Shown here: positions 28,272 to 36,392 of the stretch, piece after piece
Layout of the letters: every line of letters starts with the position of its first letter
Position numbering within the stretch: position 1 is the stretch's first letter
DNA from: an uncultured Holophaga sp.
GTDB taxonomy: Bacteria > Acidobacteriota > Holophagae > Holophagales > Holophagaceae
Direction: 5' to 3'
Assembly (NCBI GenBank): GCA_963664825.1
Contig: OY761614.1
Coordinates: 1,568,001-1,632,000 of the forward strand
Length of the DNA: 64,000 nucleotides
Made by a program: the position numbers and the translations under genes
The notes under the pieces: generated by a model
Told to the model about the DNA's origin: nothing
Database searches by the model: none
Seen by the model: only the letters and a program-made list of their open reading frames with translations

Positions 28272-29419
28272 TGGGCCTGCCTGGCGCGGAGGCGCGTGAC
28301 GGCGGCCTTCAGCACCTCTAGGGTGCGGAGGATCTCGCCTTCGGTATTGGATTCACCGAGGGAAAAGCGCAGGGCGGATCGGGCTTCCCGTTCCGTGCGG
28401 CCGATGGCCAGGAGCGCTGGGCTGGGCTTGCGGCTTTCGGAGCGGCAGGCGGAGCCAAGGGAGACCGCGATGCCCTCCAGGTCCAGGTTCAGGAGCAGGT
28501 CCTCGGCCAGGATGCCCTCGAAGCCGATATTGAGCGTGTTGGGCACGCGCTTTTCTGGATGGCCGTTGAGCCGCGTGCCCCCAATGCCCTCGAGGATGCC
28601 TCGCTCCAGCAGATCGCGGAGGCGGCGCGTGTGCCTGCTGCGTTCGGTCATGAGCGTCTGGGCCAGTTCACAGGCCACACCCAATCCCACGATGCCGGGC
28701 AGGTTCTCTGTGCCTGCGCGCATCCGGTGTTCCTGGGGGCCGCCGGTGAACAGCGGCGGAAGGGCCAGGCCTCGGCGCACGAAGAGGGCGCCGACGCCTT
28801 TGGGGCCATAGAACTTGTGGGCCGAAATCGAGAGCAGATCCACGCCCAGGGCGCGCACGTCCACGGGGATCTTGCCTGCGGCCTGCACGGCGTCGCTGTG
28901 CACGGGAATGCCCATGGCCCTAGCCTCTGCGGCGATCTCCCCCAGGGGCTGGAGGGTGCCGAGATCGTTATTGGCGAGCATGATGGAGACCAGGGCCGTG
29001 TCCTTGCTCAGCGCGGCTTCGGCCTGGCCAAGGTCGAGCCGTCCCTCGTCATCGACGCCCAGGGCCTGGAACGCGAAGCCCTGAGCGTCCAGGGCGCCGC
29101 AGGTGTCCAGCACGGCAGAATGCTCCAGGCTGGAGGTGAGGATGAGGCTTCCGCCGTTCAGGCTGGCCCCCAGGCGCAGCGCGTGGTTATCGGATTCGGT
29201 GCCTCCGCTGGTGAAGACGATCTCCTCGGGATCGGCTCCCAAGAGGGCCGCCACCTGGGCCCGGGCGAGGTCCAGCCTGCGCTTGGCGTCCTGGCCGAAG
29301 GCGTGAAGGCTCGAGGGGTTGCCCCAGGCTTCCTCCATACAGGCCTTCATGGCTTCCACCACGGCGGGATGAGGCTGGGTCGTCGCGTTGTGATCCAAAT
29401 AAATGCGCTTCAAGGTCAT
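28268..29419 (-). CDS. iscS: Cysteine desulfurase (IscS/NifS family)
   Basis: YLDHNATT, GNPSSLH, FTSGGTESDN, HSDAVQ, SAHKFYGPKG and SLGSAC motifs. Confidence 0.9.
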   Translation of the reverse strand: MTLKRIYLDHNATTQPHPAVVEAMKACMEEAWGNPSSLHAFGQDAKRRLDLARAQVAALLGADPEEIVFTSGGTESDNHALRLGASLNGGSLILTSSLEHSAVLDTCGALDAQGFAFQALGVDDEGRLDLGQAEAALSKDTALVSIMLANNDLGTLQPLGEIAAEARAMGIPVHSDAVQAAGKIPVDVRALGVDLLSISAHKFYGPKGVGALFVRRGLALPPLFTGGPQEHRMRAGTENLPGIVGLGVACELAQTLMTERSRHTRRLRDLLERGILEGIGGTRLNGHPEKRVPNTLNIGFEGILAEDLLLNLDLEGIAVSLGSACRSESRKPSPALLAIGRTEREARSALRFSLGESNTEGEILRTLEVLKAAVTRLRARQAQ

Positions 29420-29494
29420 GGCTCCCCGTCCATGATACCTGCCGTATTTTTGGGGAACTGCCCAGCGCTACAATGGGTCCACCCTGGAGAATCC

Positions 29495-30253
29495 ATGTTC
29501 AAGCACGCCATCTGCCGCAAGCCCGGTCTCAATTTCTCCCACGGCCTCACCACCGTGCAGGGTGGGGCTCCGGACTACGCGCTGATGATGACCCAGCACG
29601 ATGCCTACGTGGACACGCTGAAGAAGCTGGGCCTTCAGGTGGAGGTGCTGGAGCCCCTGGGCGAGTTCCCGGATGCCTATTTCGTGGAGGATGCGGCCAT
29701 CGTGATCCCCGAAATGGCCATCCTCACCCGGCCTGGCGCCAAACCCAGGCGGGGCGAGGCCGCGGCCATGGAACCGGTGCTGGCCAAATACCGTCCCCTG
29801 GCCCGTATCGAGGCGCCCGGCAAGCTGGATGGCGGAGACGTGCTCATCGTTGGGAAACACGCCCTCATCGGGATCTCCGAGCGCAGCAACCCCGAAGGCG
29901 CCGAACAGCTGGGTGAGATCCTCGAGGACCATGGCTACACTTGGTGCGCGGTGCCGGTGGCCGAGGGACTGCACTTCAAGTCCAGTGTCAATTGGGTGGG
30001 CGGCAAGAACCTGCTCGTCACGGAGGACTTCGTGGGGATGGAGGAACTGGAGGACTTCCATCAGATCCTGGTGGAGCCCGAGGAAACCTACGCCGCCAAC
30101 GTGCTCTGGGTCAACGGCACGCTCATCGTCCCCGCAGGCTACCCCATGACTCGCAACAAGCTGGCCTCCCTGAAGCTGCCCATGGTGGAGCTGGATACCA
30201 GCGAGGCCCGTCTCATGGATGGTGGGCTCACCTGCATGTCGCTGAGGTTCTGA
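29495..30253 (+). CDS. N(G),N(G)-dimethylarginine dimethylaminohydrolase (amidinotransferase fold)
   Basis: ATG at 29495 with RBS GGAG; FPDAYFVED, TRPG...RRGE, LDGGDV, LHFKS and DGGLTCMSLRF motifs. Confidence 0.88.
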   Translation: MFKHAICRKPGLNFSHGLTTVQGGAPDYALMMTQHDAYVDTLKKLGLQVEVLEPLGEFPDAYFVEDAAIVIPEMAILTRPGAKPRRGEAAAMEPVLAKYRPLARIEAPGKLDGGDVLIVGKHALIGISERSNPEGAEQLGEILEDHGYTWCAVPVAEGLHFKSSVNWVGGKNLLVTEDFVGMEELEDFHQILVEPEETYAANVLWVNGTLIVPAGYPMTRNKLASLKLPMVELDTSEARLMDGGLTCMSLRF

Positions 30254-30291
30254 GAGGCGACGCCGCTTCCCTTCTATCCCACACTGGAATC

Positions 30292-31254
30292 ATGGCAAAT
30301 GTCCTGATCCCCCTCCTGGCCTTCCTCTGTCTCTTGCCGGATATCCCAGTCCTGCACTGGCATGGCTGGCCCGCCTGGGTGGGACTGGTGTCAGGAGTCG
30401 CCGTGGCTCTCGGCTTCGGGAATCCCCACGCGGCTCGCACCCGGGCCCTCACGCCCAAGCTCTTGGCCTGGTCCGTGATCGGTCTGGGGGCTGCCATGAA
30501 CCTTCGGACCGTGGCGGTGGTGGGCCTCCAGGGCTTCGGCTACACCATGGTGGGCATCAGCCTCACCCTGACGCTGGGTTTCCTGCTGGGGCGATGGTTC
30601 AAGGTAGGGCGCAACACCTCGATTCTGGTGAGCGTCGGCACGGCCATCTGCGGGGGCAGCGCCATCGCCGCCGTGGCGCCTGTGCTGCGGGCCGACGATG
30701 ATGAGACGAGTCTGGCCCTGGCTACGGTCTTCCTCCTGAACGCCGCGGCGCTCCTGGTCTTCCCTCCCATCGGACACGCCCTGCATCTGGGGGAGCGGGC
30801 CTTCGGCCTCTGGGCTGCCCTGGCCATTCACGACACCTCGAGCGTGGTAGGGGCCTCCGCCGCCTACGGCAACCAGGCCCTGATCGTGGCCACCACCACC
30901 AAGCTTGCGCGGGCCCTGTGGATCGTGCCGCTCACGCTGGGGATGGGCGTCTGGATTTCCCGTCGGGAGCATTCCGAAGGAGAGCGCCGGAAGGCCAAGC
31001 GCCCCTGGTTCATCCTGGGCTTCCTGGCCGCAGCAGCCCTGGTGACCTTCCTGCCCGCCCTGAAACCCGCGGGCCGCCTGGTGGGCGAACTCGCCAAGCG
31101 CAGCCTTGTGCTGACCCTCTTCCTGCTGGGCCTGGGCCTCAGCCGGGCCAGCCTGCGAACTGTGGGTCCCCGCCCCTTCTTTCAGGGGTTGCTGTTGTGG
31201 GCCCTCGTGGGCGGCGGCACGCTGACGGCCATCCTGGTGGGGTGGATCCGCTAG
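30292..31254 (+). CDS. YeiH/putative sulfate exporter family membrane protein
   Basis: GTAICGGSAIAAVAP, FGLWAALAIHDTSSVVGA, KLARALWI and PWFILGF motifs. Confidence 0.85.
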   Translation: MANVLIPLLAFLCLLPDIPVLHWHGWPAWVGLVSGVAVALGFGNPHAARTRALTPKLLAWSVIGLGAAMNLRTVAVVGLQGFGYTMVGISLTLTLGFLLGRWFKVGRNTSILVSVGTAICGGSAIAAVAPVLRADDDETSLALATVFLLNAAALLVFPPIGHALHLGERAFGLWAALAIHDTSSVVGASAAYGNQALIVATTTKLARALWIVPLTLGMGVWISRREHSEGERRKAKRPWFILGFLAAAALVTFLPALKPAGRLVGELAKRSLVLTLFLLGLGLSRASLRTVGPRPFFQGLLLWALVGGGTLTAILVGWIR

Positions 31255-31262
31255 ACAGGCGA

Positions 31263-31282
31263 AGGCCCCGCTGCCGGGGCCT
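31263..31282. terminator. Hairpin between convergent genes
   Basis: AGGCCCCG-CTGC-CGGGGCCT. Confidence 0.45.
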
Positions 31283-31302
31283 CGCGCGTGGTCGTTCAAT
31301 TT

Positions 31303-31656
31303 CTACCTGGCGGTCTGGGCGTCGTGCTTTTCCCCGTGGATGCGCCGACTCTCTTTGTTTTGCTCCTTCTGGATCTTGGCGGCTTCCTTCTTGGTCACCT
31401 TGCCATCGGCTTCGGCCTTGGCAATATCCTTGTTGACCTTGGTCTCCTGGCGCTCCAGGCGAGTGGTCTCCTTGGGTGTGAGCTGGCCGCTCTGAACGCC
31501 CTTCCCGATGCGCTTCTGCTGGCGGTCGGCGCGCTGTTCGATACGGGCCTCGCGCTTCTGCGTGGGTGTGGTCGCTGGCGCAGGCGCCTGGGCCAGGAGG
31601 GCCGCTCCGGCGATGAGGAGGCCGCTCAGGGCTTGGGTCGTGCGTTTGATGTTCAT
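31303..31656 (-). CDS. Small exported helical charged protein
   Basis: ATG at 31656 with RBS; signal peptide; RQQKRIGKGVQSGQLTPKETTRLE and DGKVTKKEAAKI internal repeat. Confidence 0.75.
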   Translation of the reverse strand: MNIKRTTQALSGLLIAGAALLAQAPAPATTPTQKREARIEQRADRQQKRIGKGVQSGQLTPKETTRLERQETKVNKDIAKAEADGKVTKKEAAKIQKEQNKESRRIHGEKHDAQTAR

Positions 31657-31858
31657 GGTCTCACCGTGATGATGGGGGCAACCTCTCGGTTCCTGGATGC
31701 CCAGGTTGGAATAGATCCGGAACAGGATCTGGAAGTAGAGCTCCGCCACAACCCCACCCAGAGGCCCCCTCGGGCCTGACAGGGACGGCGGAGGCGGAAA
31801 TGCGCAGAGTCGGCCCTTGCGGGTGTGCGGGGCCTACTGGACTCCGCGACCCAACTAT

Positions 31859-31874
31859 TTCACGATTTGTGCCA
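31859..31874 (-). promoter_or_regulatory. Possible sigma54 -24/-12 promoter
   Basis: TGGCAC-AAATC-GTGAA on the minus strand; -24 box is perfect, -12 box deviates (GA instead of GC). Confidence 0.35.
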
Positions 31875-31964
31875 AGGGCTAAACGGCCTGTTTACAGTGA
31901 ACATGGCAGGCGGGGGCCCTCGATGCGTGGTTTTATGCTGCACTCCGTGGCGCAGCGCATCGCG

Positions 31965-32450
31965 TCATTCCAGCCAGGAGGGGACGTCCAGCTCGGCTCC
32001 AAGAGCCCGCAGCTCTCGGGCCAGGGGTGGAAGGTGGGAATCCTCGCCGCGATGGAGGATCACGTGGAAGGGGCGGGAGCCGTTCCAGGCCTCCGCGGTG
32101 GCCTTCAGGATTTCGGCCAGGGCCACGCGATCCGCGGGTTCGGCGCGATCCAGGACGTGTTGAGTCTCCAGCAGCAGGAGCGTGCAGGGCCCCACGGGCA
32201 GCCAATCCAGATCATTGAGGCACTCGTCGAGGGCGTCCCAATTCTCGCCAAAATAGCTCGGGAACTGGAGGGCCGCCGAGGTCTCATCGAAGAGGGCCTG
32301 GAGGGTGCGCATCTTGGTGCCCCGGAGATGCCTCAGGGAGGCGTGGGGCTCCGAGGCCAGGGGGCCGAGCCTTTCCAGGAGGGAAGCGGGGTTCCCTTGG
32401 GCGAGATGGAAGAAGGGGGGCGCCGCGACATGAAGGAAATCGAGGGTCAT
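31965..32450 (-). CDS. Barstar-family ribonuclease inhibitor
   Basis: ALQFPSYFGENWDALDECLNDLDWL barstar signature; 10 bp downstream of the RNase. Confidence 0.85.
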   Translation of the reverse strand: MTLDFLHVAAPPFFHLAQGNPASLLERLGPLASEPHASLRHLRGTKMRTLQALFDETSAALQFPSYFGENWDALDECLNDLDWLPVGPCTLLLLETQHVLDRAEPADRVALAEILKATAEAWNGSRPFHVILHRGEDSHLPPLARELRALGAELDVPSWLE

Positions 32451-32460
32451 GTGAGCTCCC

Positions 32461-32865
32461 TCACTCGATTTCCGTAAACCTGGAGTAGTGGTCCGCGGTA
32501 TACCAAGCCCGTCCGTCGCTGCCCGTCACCAGGCGCTCCGCGCCACGGTTGCGTCCGGGCACCTTCGGATGGATGTCCCACTCGCGGTACTCGATGGCCT
32601 TCCCCTGGGCGTCCAGCAGGGGCAGCTTCTGTTCTCCGTCCTTGCCGTAATTGCCGAAGCGCCTTCCACCTACGAAGCCTGCGGGCGCTTCATTATGGGC
32701 CCGCACGTAGGTCAGTATGGCGTGGGCCTCTCTGGGAATCTCCACGGCTGCGGCGCGTACAGGCGTGCAGGCCACCGGCGGCGGGGCCGCCATGGAAGCC
32801 GTGCCCACCAGCAGCGCGGCGGCTGTGGCGATGAGGATGCGAAACATGGAGCGGAGGAGGGACAT
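32461..32865 (-). CDS. Secreted guanyl-specific ribonuclease (barnase/RNase Sa family)
   Basis: Signal peptide; GGRRFGN...LP...YREWDI...RGAERLVTG...WYTADHY with catalytic Glu, Arg and His. Confidence 0.88.
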   Translation of the reverse strand: MSLLRSMFRILIATAAALLVGTASMAAPPPVACTPVRAAAVEIPREAHAILTYVRAHNEAPAGFVGGRRFGNYGKDGEQKLPLLDAQGKAIEYREWDIHPKVPGRNRGAERLVTGSDGRAWYTADHYSRFTEIE

Positions 32866-32909
32866 GGTTTTCTCCGGTGGTGTGGCCTCCAGCTTAGCCC
32901 TGACACGAC

Positions 32910-32933
32910 AGAGGGCCTCGCGGGAGGCCCTCT
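32910..32933 (-). terminator. Hairpin immediately 3' of tRNA-Gln
   Basis: AGAGGGCCTC-GCGG-GAGGCCCTCT, perfect 10-bp stem. Confidence 0.6.
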
Positions 32934-32938
32934 TGCGT

Positions 32939-33012
32939 TGGTTGGGGAACCTGGATTCGAACCAAGAAAGGCGGAATCAGAATCCGCTGGTTTACCGTTA
33001 GCCTATTCCCCA
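32939..33012 (-). tRNA. tRNA-Gln (anticodon CTG), CCA encoded
   Basis: Minus strand reads TGGGGAATAGGCTAACGGTAAACCAGCGGATTCTGATTCCGCCTTTCTTGGTTCGAATCCAGGTTCCCCAACCA: acceptor stem, anticodon stem GCGGA/TCCGC, GGTTCGAATCC T-loop. Confidence 0.95.
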
Positions 33013-33123
33013 AACGGCGAAGTCCAGAATAGCCAATCCGGTACGGAAAACAAGGGGTTCCGATGTTGGAAGGGCGCAGACGGGCCCTGGCAGCGCTATC
33101 CTGACCTCCAACGGGGATTCCAC

Positions 33124-33669
33124 ATGGCCGAGAGTCTGAAATTAGCTTACTTCGTGGCGATGAAGGAGGGCGGTAGCTATCTGGGGGGCCTGCTGCTGAC
33201 CGATACCTCCGGCATTCCCCTCGATTTCCGCTATACCGAGCCCATCACTCCCACCAAGCTCCAGTCGGTGCTCTACGGCAAGGCCCTGGAACCCCACCTG
33301 AAGGAGGAGGTCATCCAGAAGACCCTCTTGAAGGAACTCAAGGGTGCTCCCGATCTCTTCATCCTCCAGGCCAGCGAACTGGCCGGGGGGTGGAATGGCG
33401 ATACGCGCTGCCCGGCCCTGGCGGTACAGAAGACCCAGGAAGCCCCCCTTTCCAGGGTGGGCGAGGTGTTCCGGGCTTCCCAGCGGGAGGTCCTCCTCCA
33501 GATCAGTGAAGGGGCGGCTCCCCTGCGCGTCCTCTTCGCCAATGCGGTGGATCTCCCGGCCCAGGATGCGGCCGCCCTCCAGCTTCTGGAGGCGGGCTAC
33601 CACATGGATGTGGTGGAACCTTTGGAGCGGGTCACGGCCGCCCTCCAGGCCCTGGTACGACCCGACTGA
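33124..33669 (+). CDS. Conserved-looking hypothetical protein
   Basis: Start trimmed to MAESLKLAYF; YLGGLLLTDTSGIPLDFRYTEP...LYG...EPLERV looks like a family signature; first gene of the signalling operon. Confidence 0.7.
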   Translation: MAESLKLAYFVAMKEGGSYLGGLLLTDTSGIPLDFRYTEPITPTKLQSVLYGKALEPHLKEEVIQKTLLKELKGAPDLFILQASELAGGWNGDTRCPALAVQKTQEAPLSRVGEVFRASQREVLLQISEGAAPLRVLFANAVDLPAQDAAALQLLEAGYHMDVVEPLERVTAALQALVRPD

Positions 33670-33679
33670 GGAGCGCTGC

Positions 33680-34468
33680 ATGGTCTTCGGGAGATTCACG
33701 GAAGCGGTTTCCGATCTGAAGGAGACCCTCGCCCGCGTCTTCCGGGATCCTCCTTCCCACGGCTTGGCATTGGGACATCTGTTGGCGCGACCCCATGGAG
33801 AGCCCCCCCTACTGGCCATTGCCCAGGAACCGCCCTATCACCTGGGCGCCAGTGCCCTGGGGGTCCGCCTGGGGGTGGAGGCCGCCCTCATCGAGGCGCC
33901 CATGCGCTTCCAGGGTCGACTCCAGACCGAGGAAGGCTGGGCCCGTTGGGCCTCCGGGGCCAAGGTCTTCGAGATGCCCGTCTTCGCCCAGGGCGCTCAG
34001 CGCCGGGTGGAGGTGCCGCCCCTTCCGCGCCGACCCCTGTGTCACGCCATCCAAAGGGAAACCTTCCGGACTCTGAGTCGTAGCTTTCGCGATGCCTTCC
34101 TCCCGCCCCCTGTGCGAGGCATTCGGCCCGAGGTGGCCCTTCCCGTGGTGCAGGGGGGGCTGGACTTGGCCCTGGGCCTGCCCATCGCCATCCAGGGCCA
34201 GGATGTGCAGACTCTCCCCAGGGCCCAGTGGATGCGCTACAGCCTGCAACTGGTGAAGGCCACCGGCGACAACATCCGCAATCTGGAATTGCTTGGGCTC
34301 TACCGGATCCCCTCGCGAGGAGTGGTGGGCATGAGCCATGATGCCAAGACGGGCCGCCTTCTCCTGGCACTGAACCGGGAGGCCGTGGGAGCCTCCCGTC
34401 AGCCTTTCCTCTTGGCCCGCCGCCGGGATGACCGAACTCTCGTAAGCTGTCTATTGGAGGAAGGCTGA
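33680..34468 (+). CDS. Hypothetical protein
   Basis: ATG at 33680 with RBS GAGGAG; stop overlaps the next ATG (TGATG). Confidence 0.65.
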   Translation: MVFGRFTEAVSDLKETLARVFRDPPSHGLALGHLLARPHGEPPLLAIAQEPPYHLGASALGVRLGVEAALIEAPMRFQGRLQTEEGWARWASGAKVFEMPVFAQGAQRRVEVPPLPRRPLCHAIQRETFRTLSRSFRDAFLPPPVRGIRPEVALPVVQGGLDLALGLPIAIQGQDVQTLPRAQWMRYSLQLVKATGDNIRNLELLGLYRIPSRGVVGMSHDAKTGRLLLALNREAVGASRQPFLLARRRDDRTLVSCLLEEG

Positions 34469-35439
34469 TGGACTCCATGGCGAATTCTTGGCCCGAGGAT
34501 CCGGATGCGCCGGAACCCACGCTCCCGGCCAGCGCGTGGGCGGATTTCGAGACGACGCTCCGCAAGCGCAAGGAAAATGAACTGCCCCCGGAACCCTGCG
34601 GATGGGCCCTGGTGGTCTATGCCGGGACCCAGCTGGGGCGGGTATTTCCCGTGGTTCCCGGAGAGAACGTGATTGGGCGGTCGCCCACGGCAGGCATCAC
34701 CCTCCTCGATGAGGAGATCAGCCGGGTCCATAGTGCGCTCTGGCTGGAAATAGGCGTGGATGGGGACCGGATCACCCTCGAGGATCGGGGTTCCACCAAT
34801 GGCACCTTCGTGAACGGCCAGTCCATAGAAGGGCGGCGCCAGGTGTTCGCCGGGGACCGTTTCGCCATCGGCGGTCATGTCCTGAAGCTCGTGGCCATGG
34901 ACCCTTTGGAACGTTCCTTCCACGAGACCCTGCAGGACCAGAGCACCAGGGATCCTCTGACGGGTCTGGCGAATCGCGGCACGATCCTGGAAGAGCTGCA
35001 GAGCCGCTTCGATCTCAGCCGCCGTCATGGCCGTCCCCTCTCCGTGGTGATGTGCGACCTGGATTACTTCAAGCGGATCAACGACACCCACGGGCACGGC
35101 GCCGGAGATCTGGTGCTGAGCAGCTTCGGAGAGCTGGTGCGCCAGAACCTGCGGGGTTCGGATCTGGCCGGTCGGATCGGCGGGGAAGAGTTCCTCCTCG
35201 TCCTGCCTGAGACCGATCTGGAAGGCGCCATGTTCCTGGCAGAGCGGCTCCGTGGGGCCCTGGGGGGGACTCCTCAGGTCCTGGCGGATGCCGTCCTGAA
35301 TGTGACCTGCAGCCTGGGGGTTGCCCAAGGGGGCACCATGGACCGGGATGGCGGGATGTTGCTGGCCCGCGCCGATGGCGCGCTCTACCAGGCCAAGCAC
35401 CAGGGCCGGGACCGGGTGGTTTCCGCCTCGAAGGATTGA
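34468..35439 (+). CDS. FHA-GGDEF diguanylate cyclase
   Basis: FHA motifs IGRS, ISRVH and STNGTFVNG; DPLTGLANR, RGSD I-site and RIGGEEF. Confidence 0.9.
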   Translation: MDSMANSWPEDPDAPEPTLPASAWADFETTLRKRKENELPPEPCGWALVVYAGTQLGRVFPVVPGENVIGRSPTAGITLLDEEISRVHSALWLEIGVDGDRITLEDRGSTNGTFVNGQSIEGRRQVFAGDRFAIGGHVLKLVAMDPLERSFHETLQDQSTRDPLTGLANRGTILEELQSRFDLSRRHGRPLSVVMCDLDYFKRINDTHGHGAGDLVLSSFGELVRQNLRGSDLAGRIGGEEFLLVLPETDLEGAMFLAERLRGALGGTPQVLADAVLNVTCSLGVAQGGTMDRDGGMLLARADGALYQAKHQGRDRVVSASKD

Positions 35440-36392
35440 CCGTGGATCCTCTATTGCCGGACCCTCCCACCGAAACGAATCAGGCCACCCTCTATACCTA
35501 CCTGCCGGGCCCTCCCACCGAGGCCGGCCAGGAGGAATGGGCCCTCATCCGTTACGTGGGGGAGCCCATCGGCGAGGTGATCCTGCTTCAACGCGAGCAG
35601 ACCCGGTTGGGGCGGGCCTCGGATAGCGATCTCTTCCTGGCGGAGAGCGAAGTGAGCCGCCACCACGCCATTCTCGAGCGGGTCCAGGACGAGAGTGGCC
35701 AACCCATGGTGCGCATCGTGGATCTGGGATCCACCAACGGCACCTTCGTCAATGGCCACAGGATCGAGAGGCCCCATTCCCCCCAATGCCTTCATCCGGG
35801 CGATGTCCTGCGGGTGGGGAACCACGCCTTCAAGCTCAAGCATCTGGACGCCGTGGAGCGCCACTATCACGAATCGATACGGGTCCAGACCACGGTGGAT
35901 CCCCTCAGCGGCGTCAGCAACCGAGCCTCCGTGCTCAGTTTCCTGGAGAAGCAATCGGATCTGGCCTTCCGCCATCACCGTCCCCTTTCGCTGATCATCT
36001 GCGATCTGGACCAGTTCAAGCAGGTCAACGACCAGTGGGGGCATGCGGCGGGGGACGCGGTCCTGCGCTTCTTCGGCGCCTTCCTGCTGGGCCGCCTGCG
36101 CACGAGCGATCAGGTGGGCCGCATCGGCGGGGAAGAATTTATCCTCGTCCTGCCTGAGACCCCGGGGCGGGAGGCCGCGCGATTGGCCGAAGCCCTGCGG
36201 GAATCCCTGGATGGCGCGGTCATTCCCATCGAGACTTCCCCGGAGCCCATCGGGGTGACCTGCTGTTTCGGCGTGGCCCAATTGGCGGAGCGGGACGCCA
36301 ACGGCGGTTCCCTGCTGGCCAGGGCGGATGTGGCCCTCTACCGGGCCAAGGCCGCCGGGCGGAACCGGGTCGAATTCGACGAGCTGCCATGA
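35436..36392 (+). CDS. FHA-GGDEF diguanylate cyclase (second paralogue)
   Basis: FHA motifs LGRA, VSRHH and STNGTFVNG; RTSD I-site and RIGGEEF; TTG start overlaps the upstream stop. Confidence 0.9.
   Translation: MTVDPLLPDPPTETNQATLYTYLPGPPTEAGQEEWALIRYVGEPIGEVILLQREQTRLGRASDSDLFLAESEVSRHHAILERVQDESGQPMVRIVDLGSTNGTFVNGHRIERPHSPQCLHPGDVLRVGNHAFKLKHLDAVERHYHESIRVQTTVDPLSGVSNRASVLSFLEKQSDLAFRHHRPLSLIICDLDQFKQVNDQWGHAAGDAVLRFFGAFLLGRLRTSDQVGRIGGEEFILVLPETPGREAARLAEALRESLDGAVIPIETSPEPIGVTCCFGVAQLAERDANGGSLLARADVALYRAKAAGRNRVEFDELP

Noticed and set aside
31300..33012. tRNA-anchored genomic island or prophage
   Set aside because: No integrase, no duplicated tRNA 3' end seen, and no phage genes
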